Assembly: GCA_020633075.1 (NCBI GenBank)
Contig: JACKEI010000008.1
Location: forward strand, 21,360-85,359
Length of the DNA stretch: 64,000 nt
From: Sandaracinaceae bacterium
GTDB taxonomy: Bacteria; Myxococcota_A; Polyangia; Polyangiales; Houyiibacteriaceae
Direction: 5' to 3'
Shown here: positions 9,401 through 19,375 of the stretch, piece after piece
Numbering within the stretch: position 1 is the first letter of the stretch
Layout: each line of letters opens with the position of its first letter
Notes under the pieces: model-generated
What the model was told of the DNA's origin: nothing
The model's database searches: none
Seen by the model: the letters and a program-made list of their open reading frames with translations, nothing else
Translations under genes and position numbers: made by a program

Positions 9401-10421
9401 GCTCCGCGTGCCCCCCGTGCTGGCGCACCACCTCCACCATCGGCGCGCGCGGGTCGAGCCCTGCCTCGGAGGCGAGCGTCGGCGCGAGCATGGCTGCCTC
9501 TGCGCCAGGGTCGGCGCCCACGAGCACCACGCAGGCCAGACGTCGCTCGGCCTCGCCCAGCGCCACCGGGCGCAGGTGCCTGCGTCGGAGCTCGGCACCC
9601 GCCACCGGGCGGAGCGTGTCGAGCGCCGCCAACACGGCACGAGCGTCGGCGAGGCGCAGGCGCGGATCACGCGCCAGCATGTGATGCACGAGCGCGCCGA
9701 GGTCGGCCGGCAGGTCCGCGACGAGCTCGTCGATCGGTGGCGGGTCTTCCAGCAAGATCTTCGCGAGCACCGCCAGCGCGCTCTGACCCTCGAGCGGCGG
9801 CCTGCCCGCGAGCAGCTGGTAGAGCACCGCCCCGAGCGAGTAGACGTCCACGCGGGCGTCCAGCTCCTTCGCGCCGCGGGCCTGCTCGGGCGCCATGAAG
9901 TGAGGCGTCCCGATGGTCTCACCGGTCGCCGTCAGCGTAATCGCCGCGTCACCCTCGAGCCCCCCGCGCGCGATGCCGAAGTCCAGCAGCTTCACGCGCT
10001 CTGGGTCGCCACTCACCAGCAGCAGGTTGCTGGGCTTGATGTCACGGTGGATGACGCCTCGCGCGTGTGCGGCGGCCAGCCCTCGCGCGGCGCCGCGGAT
10101 CACGCGCAGCACGTCCGCCACGCTCAGCTCGAGGTCGTCGGGCGCGCATCCGTCGAGCCACTCCATGGCCAGCCAGGGCGTCCCCTCGAGGGGCAGACCA
10201 TGCGCCACGTACCCGACGATGTTGGGGTGCTCGAGGGCCGCGAGGGTCTGCGCTTCACGCGCGAAGCGGGCGCGCGCGGCGTCCCCGCTGAGCGTCAGCG
10301 TCTTCAGTGCGACGAGCGCCCCGCTGCGCTCGTCGCGCGCCAGGTGCACCGCCCCCATCCCCCCAGCGCCCACACGGCGCTCGATCACGAAGCGGTCCGC
10401 GAACTTCTCACCGGGCGTCAT
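6477..10421 (-). CDS. Giant Ser/Thr protein kinase fused to a cyclase-homology-like segment, a STAND/AAA P-loop NTPase and TPR-like repeats
   Basis: The Hanks kinase motifs are present: GAGGMGAVHLA, VALK, HRDIKPSNLL, DFGIA, GTPHFMAPE. A segment follows that resembles a degenerate class III cyclase fold (LACVVLVGAD...LLGDGALVATFP). Then come the P-loop VVVGGAGSGKTRLL, the Walker B LVLVLDDFQ, and a long Ala/Leu-rich TPR-like C-terminus. The codon at 10424 is TTG; I chose the ATG at 10421. Confidence 0.9.
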   Translation of the reverse strand: MTPGEKFADRFVIERRVGAGGMGAVHLARDERSGALVALKTLTLSGDAARARFAREAQTLAALEHPNIVGYVAHGLPLEGTPWLAMEWLDGCAPDDLELSVADVLRVIRGAARGLAAAHARGVIHRDIKPSNLLLVSGDPERVKLLDFGIARGGLEGDAAITLTATGETIGTPHFMAPEQARGAKELDARVDVYSLGAVLYQLLAGRPPLEGQSALAVLAKILLEDPPPIDELVADLPADLGALVHHMLARDPRLRLADARAVLAALDTLRPVAGAELRRRHLRPVALGEAERRLACVVLVGADPGAEAAMLAPTLASEAGLDPRAPMVEVVRQHGGHAELLGDGALVATFPTELPTDQAQRAARCALALRGVVAGKPIAVVAGQSLLSSVVPLGEALDRGALLLVGREATARGEAAHVLVDAVIEGLLGPRFECRALAGDRFELVDVHVDRAASRRLLGVEVPCVGRRRELEGLAALFRESAEESVARALVVVGGAGSGKTRLLREACAAHERAPRAGSARPLRWEGRADATRGGAPYGLMGDLLRRAAGLREADPVAVKQLKLAQFLGRFLSGAALQNALFFLAEMVRAPFPNEASEVLAAARTDVTSMSDAIRGAALQLLRAATQQGPLVLVLDDFQHGDHPSRELLHHALRQLESAPLVVVAVGRPELEAMAPALWADAHPQVLRLTKLTKRASEDLVSGVLAQVAGAGRGAISREVVASIVERADGNPFFLEEMLRSALEKPQQALPETVLAMLQARFASLDTDARRVLRAASVFGVRFWGGAVGRLLGRSDAPDATLEHLAEQELIELVDERDVPAEWTWRFRQELTREAAYATLTAEDRTLGHQLAGEWLLEQGIDDPLTLAAHHQGAGEPLRAGAALVQAAERALEAGDHHAAVELVARALALVGAAAQEPSDAERQRMQARLRLVAAEAHRWLGAYAASLAHVREALPALPRGHEAYFRALGCCIVAAGQSGAIDELDAALRELIHTPAVDEAAALLRLIALCRGAHQRLGQRRLQDADALLALAHTLAAQLGVDGPVVAAWLHTTFAARAHVAGDWVAYVRESERAVQAYDQARDLRHACNQRVRLGYGLVEVGEFARAVDVLRRAVDDSAELGVPLIEGFALQNLGLAQLRHGDLQLAHATLRNAEARGAEHGHASVVAGACYYLTEVLLALGQVEQAERCADAAAAGFAGSPFHRGLALAGQARVCLARAHVQQALALVERAAVDRVPVAVAESSDAIVDVTLAEARRAAGDVTGAAVAVRSGLERLEIYLAAVPDASARERMRACVPAHVALRTLARELAV

Positions 10422-10477
10422 CAACCGGGGAGGCTACCACTTCGCTCGGCGCCGTGCGGCCACGACACTCGCTCAGC

Positions 10478-11032
10478 TCAGGGCATGACCTCCGACAGTT
10501 CGGTGATCAGGAGCTGGCCGGCGATGTTCTCGCTCGCGCTGTAGCTGCCGATCCAGATGTCGTACTGACCGGGAGGCGCGTCCGCGAGGTCGATCACCGG
10601 GTTGAGGCCCGACGCATCGTCATTGCAGTGCCAGTTACCCTGGCCGTCGTTGATCACCAGCGTGGCATCCTCGCCGTCGGTGTTGGGTCGGAAGGCAAAG
10701 CGGAGGAAGCCGGACATCTCGTCGAAGTTGACGATGACGTCGGGCTGCGCCGTGACCCAGCCGGCGCAGGCCACACCGCCCGTGTTCGCCGTGGACGCGT
10801 CCAGGTTTCCGCCGGAGACCACGTCGACGATGGCCGGGTCCGGCATGAAGCCGGTCGTGAGCGAGTGCGTCCCGAAGTTGGCGCTGTCGCCGCCGATGAC
10901 GAGGTGCGCGGGGACGCCGCTAGCGACGACTTCGGTGGACTCGGCCGTGGTGACGGTGCCGGTGGATGCGGCGCCTCCACAACCGGAGAGCAGGGCAAGA
11001 ACGGTCAGCAGAATGGAGGTCGAGCGGTTCAT
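10478..11032 (-). CDS. Putative lipoprotein of unknown function
   Basis: MNRSTSILLTVLALLSGCGG carries a signal peptide and lipobox. A GAGGAA Shine-Dalgarno lies 6 nt upstream of the ATG. The mature part is beta-rich with two conserved Cys. It lies 56 bp upstream of the kinase gene on the same strand. Confidence 0.75.
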   Translation of the reverse strand: MNRSTSILLTVLALLSGCGGAASTGTVTTAESTEVVASGVPAHLVIGGDSANFGTHSLTTGFMPDPAIVDVVSGGNLDASTANTGGVACAGWVTAQPDVIVNFDEMSGFLRFAFRPNTDGEDATLVINDGQGNWHCNDDASGLNPVIDLADAPPGQYDIWIGSYSASENIAGQLLITELSEVMP

Positions 11033-11148
11033 GAGGGTTCCTCTGTTTCAGGGGCACGACGGGGGGCCGCGTCGCGCGCCAGACGGTAGCGCGAAACGAC
11101 AGCGGACTCGAAGAAGTCCTCCTCGACGGGCCAGCACGAGCGTGTTAT

Positions 11149-11163
11149 TGAAAGTGACTTTCA
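11149..11163. promoter_or_regulatory. Perfect AT-rich 7-1-7 palindrome TGAAAGT-G-ACTTTCA, a candidate repressor operator at the TonB-receptor start
   Basis: Read directly from the sequence. It is 21 nt upstream of the ATG at 11184 and 9 nt from the alternative ATG at 11172. It sits in the only AT-rich patch of the divergent intergenic region 11033..11183. Confidence 0.45.
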
Positions 11164-11183
11164 TCTTCTTGATGACCTCTGCC

Positions 11184-13727
11184 ATGCGCCAACTACTCGT
11201 TCTGACTCTTGTTCTCGCTCTCGCGCCCGTTGCCGCCCGCGCCCAGACGTCGGCGCCACAGCCCGCAGAACCGCGAACCCCCCCGACGACCAACCAGGCC
11301 CCGAGCGCGGCGCCCGACGACGCGGCGCACGACGACGAGGCGACCGAACACGCGGACAGCGGCCCGCCCCCGGATGAGCAGGGTGACCCCGCAGCGCCCG
11401 ACGCCGGGGGGCCCGCAGGCGACGAAGCCGGTGAGGAAGACCCCGGTGACGAGCCCGGCACGATCGACCTCGGCGCGCTGTCCGACGAGCTGGCCGACGA
11501 GGCCGAGGCCGAAGAGGCCGCAGAGCGCGCTGAGCGGGGGCGCCGCAGCTCCGGCGAACCGGACGACGACGACAGCGCGGACTCCGAAGAGGATGAAGAC
11601 GACGACTGGGTGCTCGACGTCTACGAGGTGCGCGCCCCGGTCGACCCCTTCCGCACAGGGGGCTCGGTGCAGCAGCTGAGCGCGGAGGTGCTGGACGCGT
11701 ACGACTACGATGACATCAACAGCGCGCTTCAGCAGGTGCCTGGAGTCTACGTTCGCCAGGAAGACGGCTTCGGTCTGCGACCCAACATCGGTCTGCGCGG
11801 CACCACGCCGGACCGCAGCCGCAAGGTCACGCTCATGGAGGACGGCGTGCTCTTCGGGCCGGCGCCCTACTCCGCCCCGGCGGCCTACTACTTCCCGATC
11901 TTCTCGCGCATGGTCGGCGTGGACATCTACAAGGGACCTGCCGCGGTGCTCTTCGGACCCAACACCATCGCGGGCGCCATCAACCTGCGCACCCGCGAGG
12001 TCCCGACCGAACCGGAAGGGGCCTTCGAGCTCTCCTACGGGCGCTTCCAGTACCGGCGCGCGCACTTCCACTACGGCGGCAGCACGCGCCACGCCGGCAT
12101 CCTCTTCGAGGGCGTGCACCTTGGCACCACGGGCTTCCGCGACATCGACGCTGGCGACCCGGACACGGGCTTCAACCGCAGCGAGTTCATGCTGCGCAGC
12201 TTCGTGCAGACCACGCCGGGTGAAGCCGTGTTCAACCGCCTGGAGCTCAAGCTCGGCTTCTCCCGCGAGCGCAGCAACGAGACGTACACGGGGCTCTCCG
12301 ACGCGGACTTCCAGCAGAACCCGTACCGCCGCTACGCCGCGACCCAGCTGGACCGCATGACCTGGTGGCGGACGCAGGTGGAGCTGCGCCACCACCTCGT
12401 GATCGGCGAGCACGTGGACTTCGTGACCACCGCGTACCGGCACGACTTCCAGCGCACGTGGCGTCGCCTGAACCGCTTCGTGGGCGAGCGCGACGGAACG
12501 GGCCCCTCGCTCTTCGACGTGCTCACGAACCCCACCGGCGCGCGTGACAGCTACTACCGCGTGCTGTCTGGCCAGAGCGACTCGTCCGACTTCGGACCCG
12601 ACCACGACCTGCTGGTCGTCAGCAACGCGCGCGCGTTCATCTCCGAGGGCATTCAGACCGAGCTGCACGCCACCTTCGGTGAGAGCGTGGAGCAGGAGCT
12701 CACCATCGGCCTGCGCCTGCACCACGACGAGATCAACCGCGATCACGTCGAGCGCGCATACTCGCTGGAGGCTCTCCAGCTGGTGGCCAACGGTGACGAC
12801 CCCACGACCATCACGCGCAACATCGGCTCCGCCACGGCGCTCGCCGGGCACGCAGCCTACTCGATGACCTACCGGGGCCTCACCGTGAAGCCCGGGATCC
12901 GCCTCGAGAGCATCCGGGCGACGTTGCGCGACCTCCTGGCTGCGGGCGGGCCGCGGAGCTCGACGCAGACCTACGTGGTGGTGCTGCCGGGCCTGGGCCT
13001 CACCTACGCGTTCACGGACAGCTTCGCGGCGCTCGCGGGCATTCACCGCGGCTTCAGCCCCCTCGGCCCCGGGGCGGGCGCCGGGGTGGAAGTAGAGACC
13101 TCCATCGCCTACGAGGCTGGCGTGCGCTATCGCGACGAAGACGCTGGGCTCAACGCCGAGGTGATCGGCTTCGTCAACGACTACCAGCAGTTCGTGACCC
13201 AGTGCGGCGGCAGCGGAGGCTGCGACGCGGAGGACCTGGACCGGCAGTTCAACGCGGGGGACGTGCTCATCGGCGGCGTGGAGCTGCAAGCCACGTACAA
13301 CCTCGAGCTGGGGCGCGACCTCACGCTCCCCATGCACCTGTCGTACACGTACACGCACGCTGAGTTCCGCACCACCTTCACGGAGTCCGCGGACCCGCAG
13401 CTGGGCAACGTGCGCATCGGCGACCCGGTCCCCTACGTGCCGGAGCACCAGTGGTCGCTGCAGCTGGGCCTCGAGGCGGACGGCTGGGCCGTGCACACCT
13501 CGGGCACGTTCGTCGGCGAGATGCCGGAGATCGCGGACAACTCGATCCGCACCGACCGCTACCTGATCGTGGACGTGACGGGCAGCTATCGCGTGCTCGA
13601 CCGCTTCGACATCACGCTGCGCCTCGAGAACCTGACCAACGCGCAGCCGCTGGTGTCACGGCGTCCGTTCGGCGCGCGCCCCTACCGACCGTTCATGGTG
13701 CAGGTGGGGGTCGAGGTCGACCTCTGA
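11184..13727 (+). CDS. TonB-dependent outer-membrane receptor with a long acidic, Pro-rich N-terminal linker
   Basis: The signal peptide is MRQLLVLTLVLALAPVAARAQ. A ~125-aa disordered D/E/P/A-rich tract follows. Plug motifs are then recognisable (DVYEVRA...GGSVQQLSAEVL...VPGVYVRQEDGFGLRPNIGLRG...VTLMEDGV...YKGPAAVLFGPNTIAGAINL), followed by a long beta-barrel. The 1041-aa ORF-track entry is a 5' read-through. The ATG at 11172 is an alternative start. Confidence 0.85.
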   Translation: MRQLLVLTLVLALAPVAARAQTSAPQPAEPRTPPTTNQAPSAAPDDAAHDDEATEHADSGPPPDEQGDPAAPDAGGPAGDEAGEEDPGDEPGTIDLGALSDELADEAEAEEAAERAERGRRSSGEPDDDDSADSEEDEDDDWVLDVYEVRAPVDPFRTGGSVQQLSAEVLDAYDYDDINSALQQVPGVYVRQEDGFGLRPNIGLRGTTPDRSRKVTLMEDGVLFGPAPYSAPAAYYFPIFSRMVGVDIYKGPAAVLFGPNTIAGAINLRTREVPTEPEGAFELSYGRFQYRRAHFHYGGSTRHAGILFEGVHLGTTGFRDIDAGDPDTGFNRSEFMLRSFVQTTPGEAVFNRLELKLGFSRERSNETYTGLSDADFQQNPYRRYAATQLDRMTWWRTQVELRHHLVIGEHVDFVTTAYRHDFQRTWRRLNRFVGERDGTGPSLFDVLTNPTGARDSYYRVLSGQSDSSDFGPDHDLLVVSNARAFISEGIQTELHATFGESVEQELTIGLRLHHDEINRDHVERAYSLEALQLVANGDDPTTITRNIGSATALAGHAAYSMTYRGLTVKPGIRLESIRATLRDLLAAGGPRSSTQTYVVVLPGLGLTYAFTDSFAALAGIHRGFSPLGPGAGAGVEVETSIAYEAGVRYRDEDAGLNAEVIGFVNDYQQFVTQCGGSGGCDAEDLDRQFNAGDVLIGGVELQATYNLELGRDLTLPMHLSYTYTHAEFRTTFTESADPQLGNVRIGDPVPYVPEHQWSLQLGLEADGWAVHTSGTFVGEMPEIADNSIRTDRYLIVDVTGSYRVLDRFDITLRLENLTNAQPLVSRRPFGARPYRPFMVQVGVEVDL

Positions 13728-13775
13728 GCCCGGCCGGGGCTGCCCCATCCAACCGCTGCGCGAGCACCGCGCCGC

Positions 13776-14885
13776 TCAGTACTGGAAGCGGCGCATGGAG
13801 ATGTTCATCAAGAGCCCGATGCCCATCGCCACGGTCAGCACCGACGAGCCGCCGTAGCTGAACAGCGGCAGCGTCATGCCGACGACGGGCAGCATGCCGG
13901 ACACCATCCCGAGATTGATGACCGACTGCCAGAAGATGAGCGCCGACACTCCCACCGCGCACACGGCGCCGAAGCGGTCCTTGGCCTGGGACGCGATGCG
14001 CAGCCCCCAGAGCACCAAGAAGAGGTAGAGCCCCAGCAGCAGCATGGTCCCCAGCAGCCCCTGCTCCTCGGCCCAGACCGAGAAGGGGAAGTCGGAGTGC
14101 TGGTCGGGCAGGAAGCCGAACTGGTTCTGGGTGCCCTGCATGTAGCCCTTGCCCCAGAAGCCGCCGCTGCCGATGGAGACGAGGCTCTGGTGCGTGTGCC
14201 AGCCCGTGTCCTGGATGTCCTGCTCACCGGAGAACTGCGCCAAGAAGGCCGTGATGCGGTCCTTCTGGTAGCCGCGCAGCGCGTACTGCCAGGTGAGCGG
14301 CGCGCTGGCCACGAAGACGGCGAAGAGCGTGAAGAGCGAGCGCCACTTCAGCTGCGTGAGCACCATGATGGTGCCGAAGATGAACCCGCACATGAGCGCG
14401 GTGCCGAGGTCGGGCTGCGCCAGGATGAGCCCCATGGGCACGGCCAGGATCAGCCCCGGTATGACCAGGTCCTTGAGGGCGCGTCCGTCGGTCTTGGTGT
14501 CGTCGTGGAGGAACTTCGCCAGCGCGACGATGAGCGCGATCTTCATGAGCTCGCTGGGCTGCAGCGAGAAGGTGCCGATGGGGATCCAGCGCGTGCTGCC
14601 ACGGATGCTGCGCCCCAACAGGAACACCAGCACCAGCAGGATGATGCCGCCCCCATAGGCAAACCACCCGAAGCGCTCGAAGTGGCGGTAGTCCACCGCC
14701 GCGACCAGCGTCCCGACCCCCGCGCCCAGCGTGAGCCAGTAGATCTGCTGGATGTACAGGTCCGAGTACTGCCGGTTGGTGCTGGTGGCGCTGTACAGGT
14801 TGATGACGCCCAGGATGGCGATGGACGTCACGCACACGAAGAGCGGCCAATCGAAGGTCTCGCGGAGTCCGCGTCCGAGCGCCAT
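13776..14885 (-). CDS. rodA: Rod-shape-determining SEDS glycosyltransferase RodA
   Basis: FtsW/RodA family signatures are present: FSLQPSELMKIALIV, GTALM, SIGSGGFWGKG, LP..HSDF.FS, GMLPVVG..LPLFSYGGSS. It follows mrdA directly. The start is the ATG at 14885 (MALGRGL). Confidence 0.9.
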   Translation of the reverse strand: MALGRGLRETFDWPLFVCVTSIAILGVINLYSATSTNRQYSDLYIQQIYWLTLGAGVGTLVAAVDYRHFERFGWFAYGGGIILLVLVFLLGRSIRGSTRWIPIGTFSLQPSELMKIALIVALAKFLHDDTKTDGRALKDLVIPGLILAVPMGLILAQPDLGTALMCGFIFGTIMVLTQLKWRSLFTLFAVFVASAPLTWQYALRGYQKDRITAFLAQFSGEQDIQDTGWHTHQSLVSIGSGGFWGKGYMQGTQNQFGFLPDQHSDFPFSVWAEEQGLLGTMLLLGLYLFLVLWGLRIASQAKDRFGAVCAVGVSALIFWQSVINLGMVSGMLPVVGMTLPLFSYGGSSVLTVAMGIGLLMNISMRRFQY

Positions 14886-14886
14886 G

Positions 14887-16812
14887 TCAGTGCCCTCCTC
14901 GGGGGCGTCGCGCGCCACGACGACCGGCGGCGCCCCGCTCGGTCTCACGCGCAGGTTCGGTTCGGGGTACGCTGCCCGCCAGGTACTCCTGCAGGATGCG
15001 CGTCGCGATGGGCGCGGCGTTACGGCCACCGGCGCCGCCGTGCTCGACCAACACCACGATGGCCACTTGCGGGTCGTCCGAGGGCGCGAAGCCCGCAAAC
15101 CACGCGTGCGACTGCCGGAAGTACGCAGCTCGGCGCGCGTCGCCAGAGCGCTGACTCCCTGGCGCGACCTCGGCCGTGCCGGTCTTGCCGCTGATGGACA
15201 CGCCGCCCGCGATCATGGCGCTGAACGCGGTTCCGTCGTCCTCGTTGACGACGCCCCGCAAGGCGTCGGCGTTGAACGCGAGGTGCTCGGGGTCGATGCC
15301 CAGCCGGCGGCGCACGTGCGGCTCCGGCTCTTCGACGACCGCGCCATCGGGTGTCTCGATACGCTCGATGAGCTGCGGGGCGTAGAGCACGCCGCCGTTG
15401 GCCAGCGCCGCGTAGGCCAGCGCCAGCTGCAGCAGCGTGACGCGCGTGTTGCCCTGACCGATGGCCGTGTTGAGCGTGTAACCGACGCGGAACTGCCCGT
15501 AGTGCTCCTCGTACCACTCGCGCGACGCCAGGAAGCCGCGCGCCTCGCTGTTGATGCCGATGCCGGTGCGCTCCGCGAGCCCGAAGTCACGCGCGTAGCG
15601 GTTGAGGCGGTCGAGACCCACGCGCTCTGCGAGGGCCCAGAAGTACACGTTGCACGACCGCACGAGCGCCGTGCGCATGTCCACGTCTTCGTGACGCGCC
15701 GTACACCGCATGCGCTGACGACCGATGGTGAGAGAGCCCTCACAGAACACGCGCTCCCGCGGGTCCATGGCCCCCTCTTGCAGCGCGGACAGCGCGCTGA
15801 AGGGCTTGAAGGTCGAGCCCGGAAAGAAGGTGTCGTAGATGGTCTTGTCGATCAGCGGCCGGTGCGGGTTCTGGACGAGCTCGTCATAGCGCTCTTGCGA
15901 CATGCGCCCGGTGAGCTCGTTCAAGTCGTAGGCGGGCTTGGAGTACAGCGCCCGGATGCGGCCCGTGTGCACGTCCACCACCACGACGCCGCCCGATGGA
16001 TGCCCCTGGAACGCGCGCTGGGCCATGCGCATGAGCTCCATGTCGAGCGTGAGCACCACGTCGTGGCCGGGGACCGCGGGCCGGTGCATCTCGCCCTCGA
16101 TGGGCGGCGCCTCTTGCTCCGTGAGGCGCCGGCCGCGCGCGTTGACCATGACGTGACGGAAGCCACGGCGCCCACGCAGCACGCTCTCGAGGCTGCGCTC
16201 GATCCCCATGCGGCCCAGGCGGTCGCCCGCGCGGTAGTAGTTCTGGTCGGCCAGGCGCTCGAGGTCCTCGGCGCTGACCTCGTTCAAGTAGCCCACCGTG
16301 TGCGCGCCCAGCGCGCCAAAGGCGTACTGCCGCACGGGCCCGGCCACCACGTCGATGCCCGGCAGGTCGGGGCTGTGCTCCTCGAGCGCGGCCACCTGGT
16401 CGCGTGTGACGTCCGCGAAGGCCCGGATCTGATGTGAGCGCCGACGCACGTCCACCGTGTCGATGCGGCGTCGAAAGGCCTGCGCGTCCTCGGCGGTGAG
16501 GCCCATCAGGTTCGCGGTGAGCTCGATCTGCTCCGGCGAGAGCAGCGAGGGCGTGGCGTAGACCGTGTACGAGGCGCGGTTGGTCGCGATGGTCTGCCCG
16601 CGCGTGTCCCGGATGATCCCGCGGGTAGCCCTCTCCGTGAGCGTCTTGGTGATGTTGTCACGCGCGGCGCCGATCCACTGGTCCGCCTGGACCACTTGCA
16701 GCGTCAGCATGCGCGCCATCAGCGCGCCGTAGGCGAGCACCGCCACCAGCGCGAACCACTTGTAGCGCTTGCGGAACTCGCCGACCTCGCGGCGCTGGGA
16801 CAGCATGATCAT
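14887..16812 (-). CDS. mrdA: Penicillin-binding protein 2 (elongation-specific transpeptidase)
   Basis: The transpeptidase motifs are SxxK (PGSTFKPF), SxN (RSCNVYF) and KTG (SGKTGTA). It lies between mreD and rodA. The start ATG at 16812 (MIMLSQRR) overlaps the mreD stop by 4 bp. Confidence 0.9.
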   Translation of the reverse strand: MIMLSQRREVGEFRKRYKWFALVAVLAYGALMARMLTLQVVQADQWIGAARDNITKTLTERATRGIIRDTRGQTIATNRASYTVYATPSLLSPEQIELTANLMGLTAEDAQAFRRRIDTVDVRRRSHQIRAFADVTRDQVAALEEHSPDLPGIDVVAGPVRQYAFGALGAHTVGYLNEVSAEDLERLADQNYYRAGDRLGRMGIERSLESVLRGRRGFRHVMVNARGRRLTEQEAPPIEGEMHRPAVPGHDVVLTLDMELMRMAQRAFQGHPSGGVVVVDVHTGRIRALYSKPAYDLNELTGRMSQERYDELVQNPHRPLIDKTIYDTFFPGSTFKPFSALSALQEGAMDPRERVFCEGSLTIGRQRMRCTARHEDVDMRTALVRSCNVYFWALAERVGLDRLNRYARDFGLAERTGIGINSEARGFLASREWYEEHYGQFRVGYTLNTAIGQGNTRVTLLQLALAYAALANGGVLYAPQLIERIETPDGAVVEEPEPHVRRRLGIDPEHLAFNADALRGVVNEDDGTAFSAMIAGGVSISGKTGTAEVAPGSQRSGDARRAAYFRQSHAWFAGFAPSDDPQVAIVVLVEHGGAGGRNAAPIATRILQEYLAGSVPRTEPARETERGAAGRRGARRPRGGH

Positions 16813-17348
16813 GCGCTGGCCGACTCCCGACGACCCGTGGCGGTGTCCTCGATGGCGCGCATGCTGGCGAACACGAGCGGAGACACGACGGCCGTCATGG
16901 CGGCGGTGGCCAGCGTGCTGAAGAGCAACAAGCGCGAGCCGCCGTCGACCGCGAACGGCGCCTCCGCCTCGAAGACGGAGCGCACGCCGGTGGTGGCGAG
17001 ACCGAACAAGGCGGAGGCCACGAAGGTGAGGCCCACCTGGAACCACGGCCCGCGGAGGAAGACGCGCAGCCCCATGCCGCGCACGATGAGGTACGTGGCG
17101 ACGGTGAGGAAGGTGTGGACGCTCATGGGCAGCCCACAGAAGTGGTCGCTCAGGTAGCCGATCACGAAGGCGATGATGGCGCCGCGCAGCAGCTTCACAT
17201 CCGGGGAGACCCCGACGAAGATGGCGATGGGCAAGACCAGCTGAGGCGTGAAGGGACCGAGGGCCACCGCGCGCCACACGACCGAGCGGAGCAGGAGCAG
17301 CACGAAGCCCAGCGCCACGATCAGGACGCTGCGGGCGAGGACACTCAT
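16809..17348 (-). CDS. mreD: Rod shape-determining protein MreD
   Basis: A ~179-aa polytopic membrane protein located between mreC and mrdA. The start is the ATG at 17348 (MSVLARSVLIVALGF). Confidence 0.8.
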   Translation of the reverse strand: MSVLARSVLIVALGFVLLLLRSVVWRAVALGPFTPQLVLPIAIFVGVSPDVKLLRGAIIAFVIGYLSDHFCGLPMSVHTFLTVATYLIVRGMGLRVFLRGPWFQVGLTFVASALFGLATTGVRSVFEAEAPFAVDGGSRLLLFSTLATAAMTAVVSPLVFASMRAIEDTATGRRESASA

Positions 17349-17358
17349 CGCCGTCCCC

Positions 17359-18252
17359 TCATCGCCGCCCCTCGAGCTCGACCTCGGGCACGTCCGCAGA
17401 GCGCTCGTCGGCCGTCTGTTCGCGGGAGCCGCTGGTGAGGATGAGCACCTCCTCCAGCGAGGAGAAGTCCACCGAGGGCGTGACCTCCGCCTGCTGATAG
17501 AGGCCGAACTCGCGGCGCGTGACGGAGGTGACGCGGCCGACCAGGATGCTGGCGGGGAACCGGTGCCCCAAGCCGCTGGTGTACACGTCGTCACCCACGC
17601 GGATCTCGTCGGTGCGCTCCAGGTACTCGATGCGGGCCGCGTAGCGGTTGCGCTCGCCGGTGCCGCGCAACATGCCGCGGGTCCCGGTGCGCGGGATGAT
17701 GATGTCCACGGCGCTCTGCTGGTCCACCGTCAGGCGTACGTCCGCGCGGTGACCGGTCAGGCGGGAGACCTGGCCGACCAGCCCCTCGGAGGACACCACC
17801 GGCATACCCACGCGCACGCGGTCCCGCTCGCCGCGGTCCACCACCAAGCGCACGACGCGAAAGTACTCTGATGTGTCTTTGCCGATGACCTGCGCGCTCA
17901 CCGAGTCACCTCCGATGCGGGTGCGCAGCTCCAGCAGCTGCCGCAGACGCTCGTTCTCGTGACCCAACAGCCGGAGCTGGCGGTTTTCTTCCCTGTAGCG
18001 CGCGTTGTCGAGGCGCAGGCGCTCGTTCTCGCGCCCCACGTCCACCAGGTAGAAGTACTCCTGGATCACGGCGCCGACGGCATCCGCCGCGCTGACGCCC
18101 GCCTGCTGCAGCGTACCGCTCAGCTCGATGATGACCTTGTCGACCCCGTTGACCTTCGACGGGTCCTTCAAGTTGGCTTGCAGGACGAGGAACGGGAGGA
18201 TCAACAGCGCAATGGAGATCACCGCATCTCGAAACCGCCGAAGTGTATTCAT
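17359..18252 (-). CDS. mreC: Rod shape-determining protein MreC
   Basis: It has an N-terminal TM anchor, a coiled-coil (ENERLRLDNARYREENRQLRLL) and MreC beta-barrel motifs (VVSSEGLVGQV, GTRGMLRG, VYTSGLG.RFP..I.VG.V). Confidence 0.85.
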   Translation of the reverse strand: MNTLRRFRDAVISIALLILPFLVLQANLKDPSKVNGVDKVIIELSGTLQQAGVSAADAVGAVIQEYFYLVDVGRENERLRLDNARYREENRQLRLLGHENERLRQLLELRTRIGGDSVSAQVIGKDTSEYFRVVRLVVDRGERDRVRVGMPVVSSEGLVGQVSRLTGHRADVRLTVDQQSAVDIIIPRTGTRGMLRGTGERNRYAARIEYLERTDEIRVGDDVYTSGLGHRFPASILVGRVTSVTRREFGLYQQAEVTPSVDFSSLEEVLILTSGSREQTADERSADVPEVELEGRR

Positions 18253-18310
18253 GCGCCCTTCGGATCCCAGTCAGGAGCCCCGCCATCGCGTGAGCGAGCG
18301 AGGGCAGCGG

Positions 18311-19375
<1,065 letters not shown>

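Noticed and set aside
7605-10544. 979-aa plus-strand ORF antisense to the kinase gene. Similar long shadow ORFs occur at 44570-47050, 49085-51580, 53351-55651, 59003-61012 and 61288-63447.
   Set aside because: The translations are Arg/Ala/Gly/His-rich low-complexity strings with no recognisable motifs. The opposite strand encodes clean, motif-rich proteins in every case. Long stop-free antisense frames are expected at this GC content.
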